NCBI RefSeq assembly: GCF_009914755.1
Contig: NC_060925.1
Reading direction: 5' to 3' (one strand)
Source of the DNA: the human T2T-CHM13v2.0 reference genome, Homo sapiens
DNA: 64,000 bases
Of the stretch, positions 12,126 through 24,950 are shown in pieces. Every line of letters starts with the position of its first letter. Positions within the stretch are counted from its first letter, which is position 1. The notes beneath the pieces were generated by a model. The model ran no database searches. It was given only the letters and a program-made list of their open reading frames with translations, and was not told the DNA's origin. Both the position numbers and the translations under genes were made by a program.

Positions 12126-12489
12126 TGTATTAGTCTATTCTCACACTGCTATAAAGAACTGCTTGAGACTGGGTAATTTATACAGAAAAGAGGTTTAATT
12201 GGCTCACAGTTCTGCATGGCTAAAGAGACCTCAGGAAACTTAGAATTATGGTGGAAGGTGAAGGGGAAGCAAGCACCTTCTACACAAAGTAGCAGGAGAG
12301 GGAGAGAGAGCAGGGAAACTGTCATTTTTAAACCATCAGATCTCCTGAGAACTCCCTCAGTATTACAAGACCAGCATGGGGGAAACCACCTCCACAATCC
12401 AATCACCCCCCACCAGGTTCCTCCCTTGACACCTGGGGATTACAATTCAATATGAGATGTGAGTGGGGACACAGAGCCAAACCATATCA
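12126..12489 (-). mobile_element. THE1 (THE1D-like) MaLR solo LTR
   Basis: TGTATTAGTC...GGGGACACAGAGCCAAACCATATCA, 364 bp, perfect 5-bp TSD TATAG at 12121-12125 and 12490-12494. Confidence 0.93.
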
Positions 12490-12699
12490 TATAGCTTTCT
12501 GTAGTGTACTTGAATATGCATTAAATAATAAATCAACTATACTGAGAAAATCTTAACTTTAAAAAATTTTTCATTAACTTAAATTTTTTCTTTTTTCTTT
12601 TTGTTATTTACTTGAAGGGAGCCATGTTTAGGCCCATTTCTGGTTAACAACTAAAGGGAATTGAAAAAGCAGTTAAACCTTTTCTCTTCTACTCTCGTC

Positions 12700-12815
12700 A
12701 CAGCCATCGATTAGCTGTGAGTCATTGGAGCAAGGCTCAGGTTTCTCAAACATAAGATAAAGGGATTAGAATAAATGGTGCTTAAGTTCTGTTTAAGCAT
12801 CAAAGTTCTATGAAG
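12700..12815 (+). mobile_element. MIR3-like fragment
   Basis: TTAGCTGTGAG...CTCAGGTTTCTC...AAGGGATTAGAATAAATG...TTCTATGA. Confidence 0.5.
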
Positions 12816-13221
12816 CAATGTTTATTGTATTTAACATTTTCTTAGTCTTCAAAGGGAATTGAAGGCAGATACGTAAGTGCCTTTATATATTTTATCTCTC
12901 AGTGTTTCTGAATAGGATAAGTAGTGTGAATATATGTGATAATTAAACCTCACAGATCTGCAACATGAACAGTGTAGAATTAAATACGCATACAGTGCTC
13001 ATACTAAATAGGAGATAATGCATTTTTGCATATGCCAGTGTATCCAACTATCCAGAATAAACTTATGTGCCAAAATAGTGAGTAGAGTTTAATTTTTATA
13101 ACTTAAAACATTTTTTTAAATCCCTCTTTACTTTTTCTTGAACGATCCTCTGATTGTAATTTGGAAAAAGCTGAGAACTGGCTAAAGGCTTTAGTCAAGA
13201 AAAAAAGTCATTCCCAGTTGA

Positions 13222-13326
13222 CCTATTTTGGACTTATAACCTCCAGAACTATAAGATAATAAACTTGTATTGTTTTAAGCCCCAAAGTTTGCGATAATTT
13301 TTAACAGCAGCAATAAGAAACTAACA
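13222..13326 (+). mobile_element. MLT1 LTR 3' end
   Basis: TTTTGGACTTATAACCTCCAGAACTATAAGATAATAAACTTGTATTGTTTTAAGCC...ACAGCAGCAATAAGAAACTAACA. Confidence 0.85.
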
Positions 13327-13369
13327 TACTTCCCATAGCCAATTTGTGCAGTGAAACTTCATCTTCCTC

Positions 13370-14412
13370 AGCAAACATGCTTCCCTCTCTGTGCTCCTGT
13401 TTTTAGGGGCTGGCATCATCACCATATACCTATTTATCCTACTAGGAGTCATCTTTGATCTCTACCTCTTCACCACATTTACTTCATCACCAATTCCTGT
13501 TCATTCTTTCTACCTCTAGAGTAACTCCTCCATTCTGTTGTATTTCCCTGTTACTGCTGTTTTCAGGCTACAATTTTGAACTGCTGGAGTTTTGTATTCA
13601 ACTCTAGTCTATTCTCTGTACTTTCAAATTTTATTTATTTATTGTTGAGACCCACAGGAAGAAATAAATTCCACATCAAGATCTAGGGCACACACACACT
13701 TCTGAAGCAAAAGCTTCATGAAACAATATTTCCCATACTCTTTTGCAGTATATGCTGATATTTTCTATCCTATGTATTTAATTTTGTAAAAATCCAGCTA
13801 TTTGTGATTTATTGCAATGGTTTCGTAACTGACAAATGGATCATGACCTGTAGTTTAAGAAGATATTTTTCTACATGGCCACCAGAATGCTCTTTCCAAA
13901 ATACAATTATTTTTCCTTAAAATCTTTCAATGCCTTCATTACTCTAAGGATAAAGTTCAAACTCTAACATTGTTTCTAAGATCCTCCATCACCCAGTCTT
14001 CTTATCACAGTAGCTTCGTCTTTCTCCACTCTAACTGGTTCATTTTCATTTTACAATCCAACCTTACCTGCTTACTTTCTGGACTCAGATTGAGTCTCTG
14101 GGCCTTTGCAAGTCGTGTTACCCTTTTCAGACTGTCTTCTACATATCCTCTTCTTATAGCTAATTCCCACTTAGTCTATTTTCTTAGATTAAACCTCACT
14201 TCCCTCTAAATGCTTTCTCTCAATGCCTGGACTGGGTTAGGTGTCCCTTTCGCCCTCCTGCATTCTCCCTTAGCACCCAGGACCCCCTGAATGGCAGTGC
14301 TTATCAACCTGTATTTAATAACAATAGTGCTGTTTAAGAATAGAGACTGGGTTTTGTCCCCTATGAAATACCTAGAAGGCCTTCAGTAAATGCTTATTGG
14401 ATGAATAAGTGA
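13370..14412 (+). mobile_element. L2 3' region interrupted by MER119
   Basis: TAGGAGTCATCTTTGATC; CTTAAAATCTTTCAATGCCTTC; tail CAGTAAATGCTTATTGGATGAATAAGTGAA. Confidence 0.7.
13615..13868. mobile_element. hAT-Charlie relic (MER119-like)
   Basis: GACCCACAGGAAGAAATA... and ...AATGGATCATGACCTGTAGTTTAAGA resemble the MER119 termini. Confidence 0.55.
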
Positions 14413-15646
14413 AACCTAAAAATTTTTTAAAAGTCAATTACTTTGAACTAAAATTCTATTAACATTTAAATTGTCAATAGTAATAACTTCTTGAAATATT
14501 CTATTGGGATAGAAAACAAGTGGTCATTGCTAAAATGGCAATGTGTTTCAGGCCTATATCTCATTTGTACTATTACAAATATCATGGCAGGTAGTAAGAG
14601 GTAGGATGTGCTTTGCTTTGTTAAAACCTGGTAATAGTGCAGGGACTTGCTTAAAGCAACATTTACTATCCTTCACATTCAAGAAGACCCTGGTTTATAA
14701 CCTGGTTGGTTCTTTCTCTTTAAGAACATTCATAGAAGAGCTTTAGTTGCTTTACCAGTGAGCCAAACCATCTATGACAGTTCACTTTTATGGTCTTTGA
14801 AGATGCTATTGGCTGATTTTCTGTTCAGCAGGTCATTTCTACCATTTAACCACCCAAATCATTAAAATGGACGAAATAAATTATTCACTAAGACACTGTC
14901 TTATGACCAGGGACAAGATGTCTTGGCAACGACTTGGTGTGTATGTTTGTCTCATAAAGGGGAAATCAATAATCCCATCACCAATATCTAGGTTGTCCAT
15001 CTGTCTAAAATAAACACACAATCATTTATTTCCTTCTTTGGATGTCAACCAAGCTTTTAGAGCAGTTTTCTTTAAACAGCATGAATGCACATGGGTACAT
15101 ATGGACAGAAACAGACACACACATTCTCCATGAGAAAAGAGAGCAAGTTCTATATAAGGAACCCATGATGGGAAACAGCCAAGTGAAATGCACCTGGATG
15201 TCTGTGTAAGCAGTCATAAGATTGCCAGTGGCCAGCAGAAGACGAAAGGGAATGCCTGCCTAGGAGAGAAGAGCACGCCTTGTGCAAACATCAAAGCGCT
15301 GCTTCTAAGAGGGGTAATTTTTATATTGCTATTGGCAGACATGGATACTAATGCAAATCATTCAGGGCCCTACAAAAGGCCTGACATATTCTGAACTTGA
15401 TGGGAGCTGGTTGGGACTGTGGCATTTATCTCCTTCCAATCTTTTAAAGTGACATGACGCCTTCCTGTCTCCAGTCTCAGGCTGACCACTTGGGGTAGTT
15501 GCTTTCAGGCCACTGTGACAAGAGCTAACCGCTGTGGTTTTGTGTTTGGTGTGACAGGGCAGCTATCCAGAGCTGAAAACAATGGAGACTGAGACAGAGA
15601 GGCTGCATTCGCTGAAAAGTTTTTTACAGCACTCACTTGCAATGTT

Positions 15647-15897
15647 CAGTGTTCTCTTAAATAGGGTAAATGTGGCCCATGGGGAAAAATGATCTGTTGA
15701 GGTGCGGGATGAAATGATTAGGATGCTATTTACGTTAACTTACATTTAATTTCTGTTTTGCATATATTTTATAAAATATACAATATATTAGTACAATTGT
15801 TCATTTGGTATAAATAAATACGTTTATTTCCTGGAGGAACAAACTAAAACATTTTTATTAATAGAGATGCATCATCAGGTAAGTTTTCAGGTTACTG
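15647..15897. mobile_element. hAT-Charlie MITE (MER112-like)
   Basis: CAGTG...ACTG termini, about 250 bp; internal GGTGCGGGATGAAATGATTAGGATGCTATTTA and CAATATATTAGTACA. Confidence 0.6.
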
Positions 15898-16817
15898 GTG
15901 TTTTTGCTCAGGTTAATATACGCATTTATTGAAGAGGGTCTTATTTTTGCCTCTAAAAGAGCTCTTCAGATTCCAGAGTTCTGTTTTTTTGTCACTCTTT
16001 CTTTTTGTTGTTAATTATCTCTTTGCAAGAATGCCATCTATATCTAAAGGTAGTCTGTAATCTGTTGCTATTGTTCTAGCACTTTCTTCAAAGAAACGTT
16101 TACTTTAAAAAATCACAGAGGGAGGTAAAATTTCTCTGAGGTTCTTCATTGATTTGCATGACATTAAGAATTTGTAGGGAAAGTGAATAATTGGATATTG
16201 CAAGATGCAGTATTTCCTAGGTTATTTTAAGTGGTGGGCTTTATTTCATCTGTATGTGTTGTAAATACAAAATCAAGAGTGAAATTGGAATGTGTGAGTA
16301 TGTGGAAAGTATATGGTAAAAAAGTAATTAGAACTAAAAAAGTGAACAGAGCAAATAGTAAAAACAAAACAAAACAAAAACACCCAAAGTGCACAGACAC
16401 AAAAGTGTAATTAATAGGTGCTATTACTGGCAGAGATAATACTCAGGAAAACAGGTCTTCCATCTATTTTGAAAATTATTAAAATAGAATAATGTTTCAG
16501 TGAAATTCAGTTCTATTTATTCACACTATTAGCTGCAAATACCTCTATCCTCACATCTTGGATCCTGCTAACTTCCCCCAAAGGCCTCTCTGAATCCTAT
16601 AGTTGAAAAGTCTCCTAATCAAGCCTTTATATAAAATTGGAAATAAATGGAAAGTAACATGAAAATAAAACAAATTAAAAAGATGTCATTGCAATAGGGT
16701 GACAGTATTACACATATTTTTCTTTTGATTTTTTTCTTTTAATGTGCTATCCTAATAATTTAACCAAATATAAAAAGCAAGTAAGATTGAGACTTTGAGG
16801 TATAAACTGTGGTATTC

Positions 16818-17235
<418 letters not shown>

Positions 17236-17469
17236 TAAGGGATATGTATGCCTTTTGAAGAATATCCAAGTCGCTTATTTTTTCCGTTTACTGATATTTC
17301 TTTTGAGAAAGAAATCAGAAACTAGTTGATTTTAGAAGTAAGGAGAGTGATCTCCTTTTATCTGGAATAACTGGGCTGGGCATCAGCCTGCTGACAAAGA
17401 GTTGACCCACTATATCTGAGACACAGAAATATAACTTGGGGGCTCTGAAGGCTCTCTTGGAGCTGTTGA

Positions 17470-18450
17470 CTCAACATCTTGGATGTCAATAGATATCTCA
17501 ACCTCAACTGATCCAAAGAGAAACTTCCAACCTTCCCCACTCCCTCACCCCAAACCTATTGTACCCACAGCCTTCCTCATCTCAGTTTTGGCAACTCCGT
17601 CCTTCTGTTGAGAGGACCAAAATCAGGGAGTCATCCTTGACTCCTCACAGTTAAACAATTTATCAGGTAGTCCTGTAGACTCAACCATCAAAACACATCC
17701 AGACCCTTACCATTTCCTGCCCTCACCAGGGCTACTGCTCACTCAAGCTACCATCATTAATTGCCTGGAATATTGATTGCAATTGCCTCCTAACGGTTCT
17801 TGCTGCTTCTGTCTTTGCCTCTGTACGGTCCCTACAAAGAAGTAGCAATAATGCTTTAAAAACGTAAATCAGGTCATGTCACTCCCTTGATCAAAACCTA
17901 CATTGGCCCCCACTTACACTCAGAGTGAGAGTCCAAGTCCTCGCCATGGCATAAGGCCCTCTCTGAGCTGCCACACCATTGGGTCTATTTTCTCTTGTTA
18001 CTCTCCCTGTGCTGCCCTGTTCCAACAACTCTGACCTCCTTGCTTTCCTCAAAAATGCCAGGCACACATGCTCTCTTTTTAGGGACTTTGTGCTAGCTTT
18101 TCTCTCTGCTGGAATCTTCCTTCCTGAATACCTATTTGGCTTTCTCCCTTATCTCACCTTCTCAATAAAATCTGATTTGGCCACCTCATTACTACTATAA
18201 CCTCCCAGCTACGCTTCCACTGACCCTCTGTACTTTCAAGTTCCTTTGCCTCATTCCATTATTTATCTTATGTAAAGCAGAATATATTTATTTATTTGTA
18301 TGTGTATTGGCTAATGTCTGGTTCCCTAGCTATAATGTAAGCCCCATGAGGGCAAAGGTCATTGTCTGTGTTGTTCCCTCATGTATCCTAAGAGCTTAGA
18401 GCAGTTCCTGCCACATAACAGGTTATCGTATTTGCTGGATGAATGAATAA
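17470..18450 (+). mobile_element. L2a 3' ~1 kb
   Basis: CTTGGATGTCAATAGATATCTCAACCTCAAC; GGAGTCATCCTTGACTCCTC; TAAATCAGGTCATGTCACTCCC; tail GGATGAATGAAT. Confidence 0.88.
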
Positions 18451-19559
18451 TGAAACCTATAACCAAAGGCTTCATTTAAACCCCTTATCCTATAAAAGTG
18501 GGACTTTAAATAGAAAATATTCAATACATCTATCAGCCTGACTTGTCTTCATGATTCTAATTGTTAGAGATGTTTTCCAACATTCAGTGTTATAGAAAGA
18601 GCTACCCCAGTGCACTGACTAAACAATCTTTTTCCCTAAATGTTTTACTTGGGGGATCCATAAATGATTTCTCTTCAGTTACTAGGGATTTGCTCTCCTG
18701 ACTTACTCTTTTATAACCTCAGAAGCCTCTAGTTAAAATGGAAATGGCATTCGAGAGGTAACATATTTAGGTACAATTCTTCCTTATATTACTTTCCACC
18801 ACCAGGGAGGTGCAAATTCCTATACAAAAGAGGTAAGGAGAGAGAGTAAGAATAGTATATTTTGATTTAAAAAAAGAGGGATGGGGTAGAAAGATGGATC
18901 CAGAACTTAGAGACACTACAGAGAGAACACAAGCCTCCTTGAGAGGTCACAGTCACTCATTCACACATTCACTTATTCATTCAAACACTTTCTGCAGGCT
19001 TGCTTATTGCTTACCTCTTGAGAAATATAAGCAATGCACAGATTTTAGGAAGAGCTAAAAGCAAGTAATAACCATACTTTGCAGTGAGTGCTGCAATCCA
19101 AAGTGTCATGACTACACAGTTGGAGATGTGTCTGCTCCAGGGGAATGATGGGCAGACTACTGGGGGGAACCACTAAGAAAGAGCTGCAATGAAGTTATTA
19201 CTCATATTTTTGCATTCAGCTCTCCAGACCCAGTTATAGACCAAGCATCTTCATGCCCTAGTGCTTCTTCATGCTGCATAGGGTCTTCCATCACACGAGG
19301 CATAGTCAGAGATTGCTGGATTCAGAAGGAGCTTCTAGAATCCCAAGAATAAGTAGGCTCCATCTGGGTGCCTGCCTTATTCACCTGGGTCCCCCGGAAG
19401 TGCTCCTTGGTACCTCTCTTGCAGATGTGTATCAATGCCCAAACACCCAAACAGGGAGGGAGAGCTTGCTTACATCTAATCAAGTCCTCAGAACATAGTT
19501 TATACCTAGTTGTCATCTTGTTCTGAGAAGATTCAGAATGAATGAAGATTCTTTGCAAC

Positions 19560-19650
19560 CCTGTATATATATGCAAAGGAAGCATGATTAAATCACCCTC
19601 CATCTTCTCTCTGAACTGATATCTGGAGTCTTTTAACCTTCTTTGAGATA
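19560..19650 (-). mobile_element. Possible L3/CR1 fragment
   Basis: TTAAATCACCCTCCATCTTCTCTCTGAACT...TTTAACCTT resembles the antisense CR1/L3 ORF2 3' motif. Confidence 0.35.
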
Positions 19651-20589
19651 CTCTGACTTTTGTTTCTTAAATTATTATAACTGCAGGATGAATTAGCTTT
19701 TTCAAAACTTAACTTTATAATAATTCGTAGTAGTCAATTTACTGCATTTGTAAAATAATAGCTAGTTCTGCCAAATAGTCATAATTTAGAAAACTCTTCT
19801 TTAAATAAACTCATGTAAAATATTATGGCACCGTGTTTTAACATTCTGGTGTATGCCTCTTTTGGGTTTACAGATACAGAAATAGTGCTTATAGGGTTAC
19901 CCTGCTTTTAAAAGACATTTAATATGAAAAATCATTATGTGCCAAACAAATAACCCAGCTGAAAGAAGAATATTTGCTTTATACCTAACTTTCCTAAAGC
20001 TATTCTTTTAAAAACAGAGAACTTTCTTCATGTCATTGATTCAATTTATACCCTATATATTCAGGAACATGGTGACTGAATAGAACTCTGCAGAATCAAG
20101 ATCATCTCACTGATTTTCCCCTTTGGTTTTGCTGGTTTATCACCGTCTACCTAGAAATCCCTTTTCATATTCTTCATCATATGTCCATATCCTTTTTCCT
20201 TCTTAATAACATCAGTGTGTCAACTTAAGGCCCATTTGATTTTTCCTTCAACTTAAGACATATCATTTTTTGTGTGTATTTCTCTGCATATTTGTTTATA
20301 GACATAAAACTCACTGTTCATGTTTGTCTTTGTCAAGAGAAGCAAGTTGATTTCTTCTCTTTATCCACCTGAACATTAGACATATAAGAGTTTGAGAGCC
20401 CAATTTTAAGTGTTGGCTCTGATGAATTGAGAGCTGTCCTTCCTAGGGTGAAGGTTTCCCAGTTTCAAAACTAGTGCATTATGTGGCTTCACAGCTTTGA
20501 AAAGTAAGGCAATTAAAGGAATGGGATCCAGTTAGGACTAATGTGTATTGATCAGCTGCCATAGAGCTAGTTTCAATGTTAGGCATTTT

Positions 20590-20745
20590 CACATTTTCAC
20601 TAGAGTTTAATCCTCATAAAAATCCTGGGAGGTGGTATTAGTTCCTTTATACCCATGAAGACATAGATACCCATCCAACCATACATGGCAGAATCAGGAC
20701 TCAAACATAGACCCTGCAACTCCAAGTCCAAAGTTCCTGGGTATC
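20590..20745 (-). mobile_element. MIR fragment
   Basis: TTTAATCCTCATAAAAATCCTGGGAGGTGG...GGCAGAATCAGGACTCAAAC. Confidence 0.65.
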
Positions 20746-21189
20746 CTGTCATATTCTCACTTGAAAACCACCAATGCAGGGAGGTTTTCAATGCCTTTCA
20801 AAGCCCCTCAGACAGGGCTCCCTGCATGCCTGTTGTCAGAGCAAAATTGATACAGGTCATTGTATGAGTCTGCAGCCTCAGGAGCCACCTGTGTCCAATG
20901 GGGACAGCTCTTACCATAAGCCCTGCTTCACTGGATACCACATCTCCTCCTCACAAAGTATAACTCACTCACTTCCATTCACTTGTGTAACGCTCACTCA
21001 CTTCCATTGCTCAGAAAACATCCACCTGCCTCAGACCTTGAGGTTTCCACAAATTGGCTTAGGGTCATTGGCAATAGTTACTAAAAATGGAAAAGTGTTG
21101 GTACAAAAAATTCAATAATACCAATGAACATGAACATAATACAATAGTACATCAAACATATACAAATAAGGAATCAAATAAGTCAATTT

Positions 21190-21482
21190 ACTTATTTATA
21201 TAATTACTGCTTTATTATATTATTACTTACAAATTATATGAATAGTATCTTGATTATATTAATAAGTTAATTACCTAGCAAAGCTCAGAGATAATGTCGT
21301 ATAAGATATTTGGATCATGGTGTGTGTTTATTTTTATTAGATTTTTGTTTTATTTTGTTTTGTTTCATTTTTTGGAGAGAGATAAAGGTAGAGCGATACC
21401 AAAACGGAGGAAACTTGGGCCTAGCCAATGCGGTTAGAAGCAGATGACGAGTTTGAGAACCTCAGGCCTTGCAAAAGGGCAT
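21190..21482 (-). other. Candidate 3'-terminal exon (probably non-coding)
   Basis: Acceptor GTTTCTTTGTTTTTCCAG|AT at 21482; minus-strand AATAAA at 21349, 21333, 21327 and 21211; GU-rich tract at about 21115-21170. No transcript evidence. Confidence 0.3.
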
Positions 21483-22708
21483 CTGGAAAAACAAAGAAAC
21501 AAACAACAACAAAACCTGTTCCCATGAGATTTAACCTAGTTTTGTAAAGACAAATAATGAAAATAAAGAAGTCCTATGTCATATATTATAAGGGCAGAAG
21601 TATTACAGAGGAAAAGAAAGTATGGAAGGAGAACAGGAATGCTGTTGGGCATTGCGCTTCAGTCAGCCAGAAAGAAATTTAGAACTTTTCTAAATTGTCT
21701 TCTTAAGACAAATTTGATAATTTGTTTTAAAGAACACTTTCCTTTCATTCAGATGCTCAGACTTATCATGCTAGTGTGCTCAGTGGCAGGGTGCCGGGGA
21801 GACCTGGGAAGAGAAGAGGAATGAAAGATACATTTCTACAACTTAGCAGTCTATCAATATAGAGTCTCTTATTTGATCCTCTCCCCAAAACATGAGGTAT
21901 GGAAGGTGCCCAAGTTCACAGAATCTACTGAGGTGAGAGAGAGTCACTATTCATACTCCAGTTCTATGATGTCCTCCCACTTTTTTTACTTTGTCTATAC
22001 CATGCTGTCTTCCTGTGAGTGTCCCTGTAATTTTATACCTTCCCCCAACAGTAACTGAGCACAAAGAATTGAAAACAAAACGATCTCTCTCTAGATAAGC
22101 ATAAATGCCAAATTAGCTTGGAAAAGTTGTACTTGTTACTTTTGCTCTCCACTCAGTCAAGGCCCCAGTGGTCATGATTTCTGTATTTATGGGGAAAGAG
22201 AGGAGGTAGAAAATAAGCCACCACTGTCATCTTCTAGGTTCTAGTTGTTGTGGTGACACTTGCTGACCTTCACCTGCCTGCCTTCCACTATTCTTTTTTC
22301 AGGCAAAAAATATTCCAAATATATATTTCCTTGAGAACTTCTAAACACAGCTGTGAAACACTGTTCATAGTCAGTGTGTGTGTGAATATCATCAGACCAT
22401 AAATAATTCTCCATCTCCTTGAAGCAAGGTACCCAGCTGCTAAGGGGCTCCTAGAAAGCCTCAGTCATGACCTCTATGAAGATGCCCTACACCCTTGCTT
22501 GTTTCTGAGCTTTGTAGACACAAAGACAAAGAAGATATTTTGTCTATTCCCTTTGTTCAGACAGCCAGAAGTGAGTAAGTGATGATTTCATCATTGATGA
22601 TGAAATAGACAGTCTGAAGTCTGACATCTGGGCTCCCACAGGAATACCTGCAGTGGTATAGCAGGTGATGGGGAGAATGGAAATGCGCTAGGAAGAATCA
22701 AAGAAAGT

Positions 22709-22716
22709 AGTGTGTA

Positions 22717-22752
<36 letters not shown>

Positions 22753-22766
22753 CACGCACGCATGCA
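22709..22766. repeat. (TG)n microsatellite
   Basis: About 14 perfect TG units, extended by TATGCACGCACGCATGCA. Confidence 0.95.
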
Positions 22767-23284
22767 ATCACAAGTGATGAAAGAAGTGCATTTACTACTT
22801 CAGACACTGAGAGGTGTCATCTTTTCGTGCATAACAAAGATCCAAAACATTACTTGCTGAATTTGCCCCAACACACTGTAGTGAACATTTCCACATACTA
22901 TATAGAGGTTTTTCTATTGATAGAAATAGACCGTAACCTTGAAATCAGTGAAACAAAGAATGCTATGACCTATCCACCTTAGAATGGAAGCTCTAAGGAG
23001 GCAAGGGTGCTCATGGTAAGGGCTGGATCAAGAAGCTAAAAGATGGTCTTGAATTTGTGACTTCTCATTCGGCATGGCAACAGAGAGAATAGCGCCCCAG
23101 AGCCTGGGTGTAGAATGAGATGCTGGCAGCGCAAACAAGGATCCTTTTCCTTCAGTGATCCTGAGAGAGCTCCGTTGCTCGTAGGGCTCTGTGGGTGGCT
23201 CCCTGGAGACTCACATCCTGTCTTTATGTTTCCTATGCAGAGTACCATTGGGCTGCTTTCCTGGAGTATGTCTTCCCTTATACT

Positions 23285-23706
23285 CACCTGCTTGCCAGCT
23301 ACCTAGGCCTGCCACAACAAAGTACCACAGGCTCGGGGGCTTAAACAACAGAAATTTATCATTTCAATCCTGGAGGCTGGAAGTCCAAAATCAAGGTGTT
23401 GGCAGGCTTCCTTCTGATACCCATGAGGGAAGGATATATTCCAGGTCAATGTCCTTCACTTGCAGATTGCCGTCTTCTCCCTGTCTTGTCACATTGTCTT
23501 CCTTCTGTGTGTGTCTGTCTCCATTTCCAAGTTTCTCCCTTTTATAAGGACACGAGTCATATTGGATTAAGGCTTAACATAGTGACCTTATTTCAATATG
23601 ATTATCTCTGTAAAGACTGTGTCTCCAAATAAGGTCACATGCTGAGGCAACAGAGGTTAGAATTCCAATCATATTTTTTTCGACAAGCACAATTCAACCC
23701 ATGCTA
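23285..23706 (-). mobile_element. MLT1 (MLT1B-like) solo LTR
   Basis: GGCTTAAACAACAGAAATTTAT...GGAGGCTGGAAGTCCAAAATCAAGGTG...CCAAATAAGGTCACAT...CACAATTCAACCC. Confidence 0.88.
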
Positions 23707-24214
23707 CCTGCTAAGCAACATTTTGAAATATTTTTCTTATGTTTCCCTCCACCATTTTTACTGGGTGGTGAGCTATTATCCCTTCTATCCTTACACAAAA
23801 TAAAAGAACATGGGGCTTCAAGAAGCCACAGGAAAGCCAGACAGCTTAATTTTTATCTAAAGAGTTGATGACAACTAGAGGATGATAAGGTAGGACTGGG
23901 ATCAAGAACACTGATATATTTCCTTGTTCTATAATATTGTGAAGGAAGATCAGTAAGCAGATCTTTCCAGAAAAATCTCCAAGATTCAAGATGGCCTTGA
24001 ATATGCAGGACAGAGGGTGGGCCTCAAACTGATAGGTTTGAGCAGCCATGTGGCAGGATAAGAGAAGGATGTAAATGACAGAAAAACAAAAAAAAAAACA
24101 GTATTAAAGAAATGGATAAACAAATGTATAGTGGAATTGGTCTTCTGTCACAGCCTTTAAAATGTAAAATTGCACCTTAGTGGGCTTGCAGAAGAAAGGA
24201 CATCAATGTGTGAG

Positions 24215-24430
24215 CTTATAAGAGCCTGGGCCATGGAGTCAAACAGCCCTAGTTTTGATAAATCCACTCGCCCCACCTGTACTCCCAGTTCTGCCACTTA
24301 CAAGCTATGTGATGTTGGGCAAGTTACTTAACTTCTCAGAGCCTTGCTCTCCTCATGTGTTCAATGCAAATTAAAATACATGCATTTAGTATTTGCAGTA
24401 AGGATTATGCATTTTATAATTTAAAACACT
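24215..24430 (+). mobile_element. MIR
   Basis: CCCAGTTCTGCCACTTACAAGCTATGTGATGTTGGGCAAGTTACTTAACTTCTCAGAGCC. Confidence 0.85.
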
Positions 24431-24640
24431 ATATTATTCCTCATGCTGCTAATAAAGACAGACCTGAGCCTGGATAATTTATAAAAGAAGGTAGTTTAAT
24501 TGACTCACAGTTCAGCATGGCTGGGAAGGCCTCAGGAAACTTGGCAGACAGGGAAGCAAACACATCCTTCTTACATGGCAGCAGCAAGGACAAGTGCTGA
24601 GCAAAAGGGGGAAAAGCCCCTTATAAAAACATCAGATCTC
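24430..24640 (-). mobile_element. THE1C-like LTR, truncated at the Alu
   Basis: CATGCTGCTAATAAAGAC...TTGACTCACAGTTCAGCATGGCTGG...GGGGGAAAAGCCCCTTATAAAAACATCAGATCTC. Confidence 0.88.
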
Positions 24641-24950
24641 GGCTAGGTGCAGTGGCTCACGCCTGTAATCCTAGCACTTTGGGAGGCTGAGGTGGGTGGA
24701 TCACCAGGTCAGGAGTTCAAGACCTGCCTGGCCAACATAGTGAAACCCCATCTCTACTAAAAATACAAAAAATTAGCCAGGTATGGTGATAGGTGTCTCT
24801 ACTCCTCGCTACTTGGGAGGCTGAGGCAGGAAAATCGCTGGAACCCAGGAGTCGGAGGTTGCAGTGAACCAAGATCGAGCCATCGTACTCCAGCCTGGGC
24901 AAGACTCTGTCTCAAATTAATTAATTAATTAATTAATTAATAAAATAAAA
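24641..24950 (+). mobile_element. AluS (Sg-like) with (AATT)n tail
   Basis: Complete dimer with GGATCACCAGGTCAGGAGTTCAAGACC. Confidence 0.95.

Noticed and set aside
12940-13095. Possible MITE with AATTAAAC...GTTTAATT ends
   Set aside because: Inverted similarity is only about 8 bp in AT-rich DNA and I cannot assign a family
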